A DNA stretch of 62,097 nt, filler included, from Acidimicrobiia bacterium (GTDB lineage Bacteria; Actinomycetota; Acidimicrobiia; Spongiisociales; CAZKJJ01): NCBI GenBank assembly GCA_046759765.1. It is 6 parts of 6 records of this genome, joined end to end, with 100 filler letters (N's around TTAATTAATTAA, not from the genome) between each part and the next. Parts side by side here need not be neighbours in the genome. Positions count along the whole stretch, not along the records: positions 10,537 to 20,892 come from JBHICV010000082.1; 5 more parts are not named here. One strand, written 5' to 3'. Under the pieces are notes generated by a model, which made no database searches, was not told where the DNA came from, and worked only from the letters and a program-made list of their open reading frames with translations. Shown here piece after piece: positions 11,456-20,992 of the stretch. A program made the translations under genes and the position numbers. The first letter of the stretch is position 1, and each line of letters starts with the position of its first letter.

Positions 11456-13626
11456 CGCCAGGAGCCTAAATCCGGGGCTTCGCTCCGAGTCACGGATGAC
11501 CGTTCGTACCTCCGCGGGTCGAGCACGCACAGCTCCGCCCGGCCCGATGCCAGGATCGTGTCGACCTGATCGAAGGTGGTGATGTTCCCTCCCACCATGA
11601 CAACCACGTCCGCTTCGTTTTTTATCTGATCGGCAAGAGCCACGAGGTGCAAGCGTCGGTACGTGGGATAGGCCACAAACACGGTCTGGCCTCCACATAC
11701 CTCGATGAAGTCCGCGCCCGCCTCCGCAAAGAGGGATGCCGCTATCACTGCATCCTCCGGTTGGGTACCGTTGGCTCTCCAATCGGTGGCGGCCAAACGG
11801 ATGCCGAGGGGCCCAACCCATTTCTCCCGGACCTCGCTGACGACCTCCAGCGGAAACCGAAGCCGAGCTGGGACATCGCCCCCGAAGTCATCCTCACGGA
11901 GGTTGGTGAGGGGGGATATGAAACTCCCGAACAGATAGCCGGTAGCTGCGTCTATCAACAGGACGTCGAATCCGGCCCCCGCGGCGCGATCGGCGGCAGA
12001 GGTGAAGTCTTCACGAATGGCGGCGAGCTGGCCGGAGTCGGCTCCCTTGGGAGTCGGACTTCGCGGCGTGTAGGCAACCGGAGAGGCAGCCACCAGGGGC
12101 CAGGCGTCCTTGCCCAAGGGACGGTCGGTCCCACGGTGCCTGCGGCGAGTAGCCCCTCGCGGGCCGGCGTGACAAAGCCGCAGCGCAACCGCCGTCGGCC
12201 CGGCTGCGTGTACCTGATCCAGGATCTTCTGCCAATCTTCGACGTGGGCGTCGTCGTAGAGTCCGGGTGAGCCGGACGTCACCCGACCCTCCGCCGAGAC
12301 GGCGGTGGCCTCCGTCACGACCATGCCGACCCCGGCAGAGGCCGCCGCTACCAGGTTTCTTGAATCACCAGGGATGCCCGCCTCAGCGGAGTCGGTGGGC
12401 GGGGGGGCAAGAACGAGTCGGTTCGACAAGGTGAGATCTCGAAGCGTTAGCGGCGTGAGCCGAGGTGGCTGGCTCGTCGCCCACCCCCCGCCGGAGCCGC
12501 CGGCCAAGGTTCGGTCGGCGTCCGCGACCACGACCGGATCCCTCAGCTCCAGGCTCCGGTGGGTGATCCTCCCGCTTCTGGTCAGCAGGTTGAAGGCGAA
12601 CTGGGAAGCAGGCAAGCCCAAGTAGCGCGAGGCATGCTCGAAGTACCCCGAGCTGTCTCTGGCCGCGTCCTGGAAGCGTCTGATCGGGGCTTGCCGCTCC
12701 AGCTCGTAGCTCCCAAAGGCTGCGGCAAGATCGGTGGGGTGCTCGCGCAAGGCCTTTCCCAAAGCGACCGAGTCCTCCACCGCCAGCTTGGTCCCGCTAC
12801 CGATGGAGAAGTGGGCGGTGTGGACGGCGTCTCCTACCAGGACGATGTTGTCGTGATGCCAAGCCTCGCAGGCGACCGTGACGAAATTGATCCACTCCGA
12901 GCGGTTTGAGCGAAGGCGATGGTCACCCAAATGGTCGGAGAACAGCTCTTGGCAGAACGTCAGGCTCTCCTCCTCGCTGAGCTCGTCGAGGCCGGCCTTC
13001 TTCCACGTCCCTTCGGTTGTCTCGACAATGAATGTGCTCATGTCGGCCGAGAACGGATATGCATGCACCTGGAAAAGACCCCAAGGGGTCTCCTCGAAGA
13101 TGAACGTGAACGAATCGAAGACGAGATCCGTGCCGAACCACGCGTAACGAGTCGGATGAACTCGGTAAGTGGGACGAAAGGCCGTCTCATACCGGCGGCG
13201 CACGAAGGAGTTGACGCCGTCGGCGGCCACGATCAGGTCCTTGGCGGCCCATGGCGAGAGGTCGTCGACCTCCTGCTCGAAGGTCAGATCGACCCCGACC
13301 TCCCGGCAGCGGCCCTGCAGGAGCTGAAGCATGACCTTGCGCGAGATGGCGGAGAAGTCCTGGCCGACCGAGCGGATGACGTTGCCCCCGATTCGGATGT
13401 CTATCGCGTTCCAGCTGACCAATTCCTGCTCGAGCTCTACAAAGGTCTCGTAGTCGGCGTCTCGCAGCTCCGTCAGAGTGTCGGGCGAGAACACCACTCC
13501 CCACCCGAAAGTTGCGCCGGGCGGGTTGCGCTCGATGACTTCGATCCGGTGGTCGGGGTTCGATTGCTTGGCGAGCAGAGCAAAATAGAGGCCGGCCGGA
13601 CCGCCTCCGAGCACTCCGATGTTCAT
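11452..13626 (-). CDS. Bifunctional aroyl-CoA monooxygenase/reductase (2-aminobenzoyl-CoA AbmA / salicylyl-CoA 5-hydroxylase type)
   Basis: GGGPAG, TFGWGVVFS, GDAVHTAHFSIGSGTKLAVED N-terminal FAD monooxygenase fused to an old-yellow-enzyme-like domain (SPLTNLREDDFGG). Confidence 0.9.
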   Translation of the reverse strand: MNIGVLGGGPAGLYFALLAKQSNPDHRIEVIERNPPGATFGWGVVFSPDTLTELRDADYETFVELEQELVSWNAIDIRIGGNVIRSVGQDFSAISRKVMLQLLQGRCREVGVDLTFEQEVDDLSPWAAKDLIVAADGVNSFVRRRYETAFRPTYRVHPTRYAWFGTDLVFDSFTFIFEETPWGLFQVHAYPFSADMSTFIVETTEGTWKKAGLDELSEEESLTFCQELFSDHLGDHRLRSNRSEWINFVTVACEAWHHDNIVLVGDAVHTAHFSIGSGTKLAVEDSVALGKALREHPTDLAAAFGSYELERQAPIRRFQDAARDSSGYFEHASRYLGLPASQFAFNLLTRSGRITHRSLELRDPVVVADADRTLAGGSGGGWATSQPPRLTPLTLRDLTLSNRLVLAPPPTDSAEAGIPGDSRNLVAAASAGVGMVVTEATAVSAEGRVTSGSPGLYDDAHVEDWQKILDQVHAAGPTAVALRLCHAGPRGATRRRHRGTDRPLGKDAWPLVAASPVAYTPRSPTPKGADSGQLAAIREDFTSAADRAAGAGFDVLLIDAATGYLFGSFISPLTNLREDDFGGDVPARLRFPLEVVSEVREKWVGPLGIRLAATDWRANGTQPEDAVIAASLFAEAGADFIEVCGGQTVFVAYPTYRRLHLVALADQIKNEADVVVMVGGNITTFDQVDTILASGRAELCVLDPRRYERSSVTRSEAPDLGSWR

Positions 13627-14456
13627 AGGACTATCTCCGCCAGTCGATCGAGCTCGTCGATCTGAGAGATGGTGGGAAAGAGCACCAGCTCGTCGCACCC
13701 AGCTGCTTCGTAGCCGCGCAGGAAGTCACCCAAGGCGGCCGCGGTCGTCAGAGTCTCGGCGGCGATGCGTTCCGCGAACCCGCCGGTAAAGGCGTAGTAG
13801 CTGCGCATGTACTCGCGGCCTCGGTCGGCGTCGGAGAGTGCGAAAAACCCCTGACCCCACAGTTGGGGTCTTGCGGCCCGCTCTGCCTCCTCCCAGGCCG
13901 CGAACGCTCGCTCTGCGGCAGAGGAGAAGGCCCGCGGCGGACCTCCGCCGTGGACGTACCCATCCGCCGACTGAGCCATGCGCAGCATGGCCGCGCCACT
14001 TGTCCCGCCTACGAGAAGGTCCGGTCCGCCCTTCTGGGCCGCACGCGACCCGATGTCCTCGTCCCATGCAGCCCGCAGCTCGGCGAGCTGTTCGGAGAGG
14101 GCGGCACCGCGGCCGGCCGTTGCGACGCCCACTGACTCATAGTCGTCCGATCGTGCGCCGATGGTGAGCCCGAGAGTGAGCCGTCCTCCCGACAGCACGT
14201 CCAACGTGGCCGCCTGCTTCGCTAGTAGGGCAGTGTTTCTCAACGGACCTATCACGGCCATCGTCACGAGCCGGACGCGGCTTGTCACCGCTGCGGCTGC
14301 GCCCAGAGCGGTGAGCGGCTCGAGCGAGTCGTACGCGACCCGGTCGACGACTCCGAGGCTGTTGAAGCCAGCCTCCTCAGCCCGTCTTGCCCAGTCGGAG
14401 ATGAGCTCCCCGCTGAATCCTGGTGTTGTGGTCGGTAGGCCGATCCCGACTCGCAC
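13623..14456 (-). CDS. LLM class flavin/F420-dependent oxidoreductase
   Basis: AEEAGFNSL, LAKQAATLDVLSGGRLTLG. Confidence 0.9.
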   Translation of the reverse strand: MRVGIGLPTTTPGFSGELISDWARRAEEAGFNSLGVVDRVAYDSLEPLTALGAAAAVTSRVRLVTMAVIGPLRNTALLAKQAATLDVLSGGRLTLGLTIGARSDDYESVGVATAGRGAALSEQLAELRAAWDEDIGSRAAQKGGPDLLVGGTSGAAMLRMAQSADGYVHGGGPPRAFSSAAERAFAAWEEAERAARPQLWGQGFFALSDADRGREYMRSYYAFTGGFAERIAAETLTTAAALGDFLRGYEAAGCDELVLFPTISQIDELDRLAEIVL

Positions 14457-14547
14457 CTTTCCTCCCTACCGGCTCATCCTGGCATTCTGCAAGCGAACAG
14501 GCACCGTTGAAAGGGACCGAAGTCTTCTCGGCTTCGTCGCCAGCTTG

Positions 14548-16149
14548 CTAGCTGAGCTCGCGTAGTTTGAAGCGCTGCACTTTGCCCGTCTCGGTCCGGG
14601 GCAAGTCGTCCATGAACTCGACGAGGCGAGGGTACTTGTAGGGGGCAATCTCGGCCTTGACGTGATCCTGCAACTTCTGGCGGAGCTCCTCGGAAGGCTC
14701 ATGACCCTCGCGGGGCACCACATAGGCCTTTATCACCGTGCCACGCTCGGCATCAGGCACCCCGACGACACCGGTCTCCATCACCGCCGGGTGGCTGAGC
14801 AGCGCGCCTTCCACCTCGGGCGCGGCGACGTTGTAACCGGCGGTGATGATCATGTCGTCGGTCCGGGCCTGGTACCAGAAGTAGCCATCCTGGTCCCTGA
14901 TGTAGGCGTCGCCCGTCAGGTTCCAACCATTCTGGACATAGTCCTTCTGGCGGGGATCATCGAGATACCTGCAGCCGGTGGGTCCCCGGACGGCGAGCTT
15001 TCCGACCTCTCCGTCCTCCACCTCATTGCCGTCCGCGTCCACGACCTTGGCCTCGTAGCCGGGCACCTCCTGGCCGGTGGAGCCAGGGCGGATGTCATCG
15101 CCAGAAGACGAGATGAAGATATGAAGCATCTCGGTCGAGCCGATCCCGTCGATCAGCTTGATCCCGGTGGCGTCATGGAAAGAGTGCCACGTTGGGGCCG
15201 GGAGAGTCTCTCCGGCCGACACGCCTTTCCGGAGCGAGGACAGATCGAAGGCGTCTTTGAAGTCCACCATCGCTCGCCAGGCGACCGGTGCCGTGAAGCA
15301 GACCGTGGCGCGATGGCTCTGAATGGCCTCCAGCAGCGGTTCCATGCCGGGCTGATCCACCAGCACCGTGGTGGCGCCGATTCGCATGGGGAACACGGCC
15401 AGACCGCCGAGCCCAAACGTGAAAGCAAGCGGAGGGCTCCCGGTGAATATGTCGTCCCCGGTCGCCTCAAGAACGTAGGGAGGGAAGCAGTCGGCCATGG
15501 CCAGGATGTCACGGTGGAAATGCATGGTTCCTTTGGGCACGCCGGTCGTGCCGGAGGTGAAAGCGAGAATGCTCACATCGGTGACCTCCGTGTCCACGTT
15601 GGTGAATTCCTGCGGCTTGTGCGAAGCCAGCGCAAACAAGTCGTCGGCCGTCTCACCTCCCCATGGGACGATGGTGAGTCCCGGAACCTCAGACTTGTCC
15701 AGCTCGTCCGTCATGCGGGCATCGCAAAGCGCCAGCGAGACCTGCGCCTTGTCGATCACTTTCTTCAGCTCGCCCGCCCTGAGGAGCGGCATCGTGGCAA
15801 CGGCGACCGCCCCTGCCTTCTGAATGGCGAACCACGCCGCGACCATTTGGGGCGTGTTGGCCGATCGGAGCAGAACTCGGTTACCCGGTACGACTTCGAG
15901 GTCCTCGACCAAGACTCTGGCGATGCGGTTGGCTTCTCGAAGCAGGTCGGCGTAAGTCCACGTGATGTCGCCGCCGATTAGAGCCACGCGCTCTCCCCAC
16001 CCACGCTCGACCGCCTTGTCCAACAGCTCGGTAGCACAGTTCATCTGCTCGGGATAGGAGAGTTCGGGCAGCTCGAAGATGAGGTCGGGCCACTGATCTT
16101 CGGGAGGCAGGTTGTCCCTGGTGAACGTGTCTACGTGTGCTGAGGTCAT
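14548..16149 (-). CDS. 2-aminobenzoate/benzoate-CoA ligase family protein (AbmG-like)
   Basis: TSAHVDTFTRDNLPP N-terminus, FTSGTTGVPKG, DGIGSTEMLHIF, LPRTETGK. Confidence 0.9.
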   Translation of the reverse strand: MTSAHVDTFTRDNLPPEDQWPDLIFELPELSYPEQMNCATELLDKAVERGWGERVALIGGDITWTYADLLREANRIARVLVEDLEVVPGNRVLLRSANTPQMVAAWFAIQKAGAVAVATMPLLRAGELKKVIDKAQVSLALCDARMTDELDKSEVPGLTIVPWGGETADDLFALASHKPQEFTNVDTEVTDVSILAFTSGTTGVPKGTMHFHRDILAMADCFPPYVLEATGDDIFTGSPPLAFTFGLGGLAVFPMRIGATTVLVDQPGMEPLLEAIQSHRATVCFTAPVAWRAMVDFKDAFDLSSLRKGVSAGETLPAPTWHSFHDATGIKLIDGIGSTEMLHIFISSSGDDIRPGSTGQEVPGYEAKVVDADGNEVEDGEVGKLAVRGPTGCRYLDDPRQKDYVQNGWNLTGDAYIRDQDGYFWYQARTDDMIITAGYNVAAPEVEGALLSHPAVMETGVVGVPDAERGTVIKAYVVPREGHEPSEELRQKLQDHVKAEIAPYKYPRLVEFMDDLPRTETGKVQRFKLRELS

Positions 16150-16240
16150 GTTCACTCCCCCTCGTCCAGGCGGATCCTACGGAGCGGGCCGGCCCAATGC
16201 CTACCCTGCGGGCTCGGTTCGAAAGGTCCTGGAGGTAGAC

Positions 16241-16657
16241 GTGATACCGACTTCACACGAAGACATCTTGGAGGGTGCCGGGTTCGGCCATGTGGCGACG
16301 ATCGGCCCACGAGGCGAGCCGCAGTGCAACCCCGTCTGGTACCACTGGGACGGCAAGCACCTCCGTTTCAGCCAGACCACGACCCGCCAAAAGCTGGCCA
16401 ACCTGCACCGCGATTCGCGCATCGCCATCTCGATCCTGGACCCCGATGATCCTTACCGCTACCTCGAGGTACGCGGGCAGATGATCGAGGTCGAGGACGA
16501 TCCAGACTTCGAGTTCATCGACAGAATGGCAAAGAAGTATCTAGGCCGGGACGACTATCCCTGGCGTCGCCACATAGACCATCGGGTGGTCGTGGTGGTC
16601 GAGGCCGAGCACACCACCTTCATGGGGGAAGCTCCTCCGCCATCTGGAGTTGCCTAG
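16241..16657 (+). CDS. PPOX class F420-dependent oxidoreductase
   Basis: HVATIGPRGEPQCNPVW, RQKLANL, DPDDPYRYLEVRG; GTG at 16241 after GGAGG. Confidence 0.9.
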   Translation: MIPTSHEDILEGAGFGHVATIGPRGEPQCNPVWYHWDGKHLRFSQTTTRQKLANLHRDSRIAISILDPDDPYRYLEVRGQMIEVEDDPDFEFIDRMAKKYLGRDDYPWRRHIDHRVVVVVEAEHTTFMGEAPPPSGVA

Positions 16658-17462
16658 CTTGAAAGCTCCGATCGACGTCAACAACTCCCCCGTGGCTTGG
16701 CGGGAAACCGGCGACGGGGATGTGGTGATGTTCCTGCACGGTCTCGGAGGTTCGCGAACGGCGTGGGAGCCGCAGCTGCGCGACCTTTCGGACCACTGGC
16801 GCTGCATCGCCTGGGATCTCCCCGGGTATGGCGAATCTCGGCCCTTCTCCGGACCGATGACCTGGAAGAAGGCGGCCGCTGCGGTCGTGAGCGTGCTCGA
16901 TGCCGTGGCCGCACAGAAGGCACCTGTAGTGGGCATGTCCCTCGGCGGAATGGTCGCCCTCCACACGGCGCTGGAGTACCCCGACCGAGTGGGTTCTCTC
17001 GTCCTCATCTCTTCCAGTCCGGCCTTTGGGCTCGATGGGGTAACGAAGGCCGACGACTGGAAAGCTCAGCGGCTCGAGCCGCTGGAACAGGGCGCGAGGA
17101 TGGCGGACCTTGCTCCCCGGATCCTGCGGGCAATCGCAGGACCACAAGCGTCGACTGAAGTCATCGAGGAGGCGGTCGCGGCGATGCAGCGAATCCCGGC
17201 ATCCGGATTCCGGGCGGCCGTCGAGTGCCTGCCGAGTCATGACGTCCGCGAGAGGCTCGCCGACATCCAGGCCCCGACGCTCGTGCTCGTCGGAGAGCAA
17301 GATGAAGAGACGCCCCCTTCTTATAGTCGATACCTTGCCGACAACATCCCGCGCAGTCTCTTGGAGATCGTTCCCGAGGCTGGACACCTGCTCAACCTCG
17401 AGAGACCCGACGCGGTGAACGCCTCGATACGTAGATTCCTCGAACAGGAGGATTTCACCTAA
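16650..17462 (+). CDS. Alpha/beta fold hydrolase
   Basis: FLHGLGG, DLPGYG, GMSLGG nucleophile, GHL. Confidence 0.93.
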   Translation: MPSLKAPIDVNNSPVAWRETGDGDVVMFLHGLGGSRTAWEPQLRDLSDHWRCIAWDLPGYGESRPFSGPMTWKKAAAAVVSVLDAVAAQKAPVVGMSLGGMVALHTALEYPDRVGSLVLISSSPAFGLDGVTKADDWKAQRLEPLEQGARMADLAPRILRAIAGPQASTEVIEEAVAAMQRIPASGFRAAVECLPSHDVRERLADIQAPTLVLVGEQDEETPPSYSRYLADNIPRSLLEIVPEAGHLLNLERPDAVNASIRRFLEQEDFT

Positions 17463-18742
17463 TGGACCAGGTCAGAGTCGTGTGGCCCGATCACCTCGGC
17501 CTCGCCCGAGGTAAGTACCTGCCCACCAGCCATGCTCGCCAAGGACTGACCCATCAGAGCATCGCGGCTTTCACCGCCACTTTCGATCATCACCTGGTGG
17601 AGGAAATGCCCAGCGCCGAGCGATTCCTCGGCCTGCCCGATCTCGAGGTCCGCTTCGATCCGGACGATGTTCGCAACAGTTGGATTCCGGATACCGGAGT
17701 GGTCGTCGCAGACCTGTACGACGGTGACGAGCCGCTGCCACTCTCGCCTCGCCATGCGCTGCGCAAGGCGGTCTCGGACTGGTCGGACCTCGGTTTCAAA
17801 GTCCAGATAGGCTGCGAGCTCGAGTTCTTCGTGATGGAGCCCGACGGCGCCGGCGGCTGGCAACGTTGGAACACGCCCGATTCGTTCGGATACGCGACGG
17901 GTCTGGCTGCGGATCCGGTTGGGCTCCTCGACGCAATCGGAAGAGCAGGCCGAGAGTCTGGCCTCGGAGCTGAGGCAATCTCGTCGGAAGAATCCAACCC
18001 CCAGTTCGAGTTCTCTCTGGACCGCGCCGAGGGCACTGCCGCCATCGACAACGCGTTTCTGTTCCGCATCATGGCCAGGGAGGTCGCCCAGGAAATGGGA
18101 TTTTTGGTGACCTTCATGGGTCGTCCTTTCGCGGACCGATCTGGCTGCGGCTTGCACGTCAACTTCAGTCTCTGGGACTCGGAAGGTCGAAACGCGCTCG
18201 CCGACGACGGCCGAAGAGGAGGAATCTCGGAGCTCGCCGAGCGATGCATTGCCGGTCTTTTAGCCCGGCACTCGTCGATGGCCGGACTTACTGCCCCAAC
18301 GGTCAACGCCTACAAACGGCTCGCTCCGGGCGAGCTGTCCGGTTACTGGGCCACCTGGGGTTTCGATCACCGCTTTGCTGCAGTGCGCATACCTCCGGAT
18401 CGGGACGAGGGTCTGCGGATCGAGCATCGGTCGACGGATGCGGCCGCCAACCCGTATCTGGCCGCCGCCGCCATCCTGCACGCGGCCCGAATGGGTGTTA
18501 TTGACGAGCTGGATCCTCCGCCCCCCGAGGAAGGACCCGGCGTCGAAGCCGACGCGGAGACAGGACGGATTCCAGATTCCCTGGCCGAAGGGCTCGATGC
18601 CCTGGAGGCCGACCGCGAGCTGGTCGAGGCGGTCGGAGCCGAGTTGATCGAGAACTACCTGGTTATCAAGCGCTTGGAGTGGGATCTCTTCCGAACTCAC
18701 ATCACGGACTGGGAGCTGGCTCACTACCTCCCTTATGTCTGA
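17462..18742 (+). CDS. Glutamine synthetase-like (gamma-glutamyl-amine ligase type) protein
   Basis: GLARGKYLP, ELEFF, SGCGLHVNFS, APTVNAYKRL, RIEHR. Confidence 0.88.
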   Translation: MDQVRVVWPDHLGLARGKYLPTSHARQGLTHQSIAAFTATFDHHLVEEMPSAERFLGLPDLEVRFDPDDVRNSWIPDTGVVVADLYDGDEPLPLSPRHALRKAVSDWSDLGFKVQIGCELEFFVMEPDGAGGWQRWNTPDSFGYATGLAADPVGLLDAIGRAGRESGLGAEAISSEESNPQFEFSLDRAEGTAAIDNAFLFRIMAREVAQEMGFLVTFMGRPFADRSGCGLHVNFSLWDSEGRNALADDGRRGGISELAERCIAGLLARHSSMAGLTAPTVNAYKRLAPGELSGYWATWGFDHRFAAVRIPPDRDEGLRIEHRSTDAAANPYLAAAAILHAARMGVIDELDPPPPEEGPGVEADAETGRIPDSLAEGLDALEADRELVEAVGAELIENYLVIKRLEWDLFRTHITDWELAHYLPYV

Positions 18743-18748
18743 CCGTCC

Positions 18749-19375
18749 TTAGGAAGGACGCCCCGAAAGACCCATTCGCTCCAGCTCGAGACCGGCGAGG
18801 TGTTCGAACCGCTCGGCCTGGAGATCGGACCACGGGTCTTGGCTCACTTGGTGGAGCCGCCGATAGGGATAGGTGGCCACCACCCGGTATGCGAGGTAGG
18901 CCTCGATGCCGTCCGTGTCGCTTTCCAACGCAAGCCTTATCTCCCGTCGATCTCTCTCCCATAACGTGCGTAGCGGAACCCACACAACCAGGACCGGCAA
19001 GGTGGGAACGAGCGTGAAAAGCAGTCCAATACCCACGGCGAGACGAAGGACCGCCGACTTGCCTTCCTCTCCCCTGTCGACCGCGGCTTGGCCTATGCCG
19101 TCGATCTGTTCTATCACCGTCTCAAGCCCGCCCCCGACGAACGGAATGTCGGCCACGTTCCCCAGTCCGGCGGCCACCTCGGAGATAGCCGTCCCGACGC
19201 TGACGAGCCCGTCCCCGAGCGAGCCCAACTCATTTACGCGCTGGGCGACGAAGTAACCCAACAGGATGCAGACCACGACCCAAACGGCCACCAAGAGGTC
19301 CACTGTTCTGACGGTTTGGTGCGACAGGCGTCCGAGCACGATGGGAATCCTTGCCCCTCCCAAACCCGATCGCAA
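18749..19375 (-). CDS. Hypothetical membrane protein
   Basis: 208-aa ORF with two hydrophobic segments; start uncertain. Confidence 0.6.
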   Translation of the reverse strand: MRSGLGGARIPIVLGRLSHQTVRTVDLLVAVWVVVCILLGYFVAQRVNELGSLGDGLVSVGTAISEVAAGLGNVADIPFVGGGLETVIEQIDGIGQAAVDRGEEGKSAVLRLAVGIGLLFTLVPTLPVLVVWVPLRTLWERDRREIRLALESDTDGIEAYLAYRVVATYPYRRLHQVSQDPWSDLQAERFEHLAGLELERMGLSGRPS

Positions 19376-19407
19376 CGTGACGATGTGCCGGGCCTAGAGT
19401 CGCGTGC

Positions 19408-20511
19408 GTGAGCTCAATCTCGTTCGGACGTACCGAGTGGCACTGGGTCGAGCGCTTTGCGGAGCAGCTTCGGCTGTGTGCCTTCGCGCCCGGACAGGTC
19501 GGAGTGCTGCTGTTCGAAACCGGCAGCCGGCCCGAGTTGGTTGAGACTTGCCGGCTGGCTATCCAGTCGGTGGGCGTGGAGCCGTCGATGGTCGTCGTTC
19601 CGACCGCGCCGAACCTTGGTCCAGTCCCACTGCGTTCCACCGGAACCTGCCTTTCTCTCAAGGGTCATCCCGCGGTCCTCGCCGCGCTCAAGACGGCTGA
19701 CGTCGTAATCGATTGCACAGTCGAGGGACTGCTCCACACACCCGAGTTGCAGGAGATACTGGCCGCGGACACGAGGGTGTTCATGGTCTCGAACGAGCAT
19801 CCGGAGAACTTCGAACGGATGCCGGCCCGCCCAGAGCTGAAAGAACGGGTCGAGCTCGGTCTCAAGATGTTGAGAGACGCCCGTCAGATGCGAATCTCCT
19901 CCGAGGCCGGAACCGACCTGATCGTCGAACTCGCCGACGCTTACAAAGTGGGCTCTTGGGGGTGGACGACCGCGCCGGGTGACATCGCCCACTGGCCGGG
20001 AGGTCTGGTGCTCGCCTTTCCAGGTCGAGGCTCAGTCAACGGAACGGTCGTTCTCGCTCCCGGCGACATCAACCTGACCTTCAAGGAGTACGTCCGCACC
20101 CCCGTGATACTTCACGTTGAGGACGACTTCGTCAGGCGCATCGAAGGCGACGGCCTCGATGCGGGGCTATTGAAGTCGTACTTGGCTGCGTTCTCCGACG
20201 ACATGGCCTACGCCTCGAGCCACGTGGGGTGGGGCATGAACCCTCATGCCCGCTGGGACACGCTCCCGATGTGGGACAAGAGCGGCATCAACGGAACCGA
20301 GGCGCGTGCCTTCGCCGGCAATTTCATGTATTCGACCGGCGCTAACGAGCACGCCAAACGGTTTACACGTGCCCACTTCGACTGGCCCATGCGCGATTGC
20401 ACGGTGCTCTTGGACGATGAATCGGTCGTGTCAGCGGGCGAGCTGGTCGGCGAGCTTCGACCCTCCGACGCGGAGACACACGACATCCCTCTGGGCGGGG
20501 AGCTCGGATGA
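19408..20511 (+). CDS. Peptidase M29-fold protein related to 2,5-dihydroxypyridine 5,6-dioxygenase (NicX-like)
   Basis: GTDL, AHWPGGLV, SHVGWGMNPHARWD, GTEARAFAGNFMYSTGANE, HFDWPMR. Confidence 0.75.
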   Translation: MSSISFGRTEWHWVERFAEQLRLCAFAPGQVGVLLFETGSRPELVETCRLAIQSVGVEPSMVVVPTAPNLGPVPLRSTGTCLSLKGHPAVLAALKTADVVIDCTVEGLLHTPELQEILAADTRVFMVSNEHPENFERMPARPELKERVELGLKMLRDARQMRISSEAGTDLIVELADAYKVGSWGWTTAPGDIAHWPGGLVLAFPGRGSVNGTVVLAPGDINLTFKEYVRTPVILHVEDDFVRRIEGDGLDAGLLKSYLAAFSDDMAYASSHVGWGMNPHARWDTLPMWDKSGINGTEARAFAGNFMYSTGANEHAKRFTRAHFDWPMRDCTVLLDDESVVSAGELVGELRPSDAETHDIPLGGELG

Positions 20512-20518
20512 TCGGTCG

Positions 20519-20892
20519 ATGAAGCGCCTTCCGCCCGAGCGCCAGCAGGAGCTCATTCAAAAGGTGCGCGAGCTCGGACCTCGATTCGCGGAAAGGGCTG
20601 CCAAGTACGACCGGGACGCCTCGTTCCCCTACGAGAACTACGAAGACCTCCGGGAGATCGGATTCTTGGGCCTGGCGATCCCTGAGAGCTACGGAGGCCT
20701 CGGCGCCGACTTGGCCACCTACTCGCTGATCGCGGAGGAGATCGGTCGCTACTGCGGATCTACCGCACTTACGTTCAACATGCACACGGCCACCTGCTTG
20801 TTCACGGGCCCGATCGCCGACGACCTCGATTGGACTGACGAGCAGCGGAAACAGCTCGAAGATCGCCGAGAGCGTCTGTATCGGGGCATCTT
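20519..20892 (+). CDS. Acyl-CoA dehydrogenase family protein, N-terminal fragment
   Basis: FPYENYEDLREIG, IPESYGGLG, STALTFNMH; truncated at linker. Confidence 0.88.
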
Positions 20893-20992
20893 NNNNNNNN
20901 NNNNNNNNNNNNNNNNNNNNNNNNNNNNNNNNNNNNTTAATTAATTAANNNNNNNNNNNNNNNNNNNNNNNNNNNNNNNNNNNNNNNNNNNN
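20893..20992. other. Artificial contig linker
   Basis: N run + TTAATTAATTAA + N run. Confidence 0.99.

Noticed and set aside
14662..15981. Long antisense ORF (439 aa); similar ones at 32609-33931 and 36743-38323
   Set aside because: Shadow frames opposite well-supported genes, expected with high GC3
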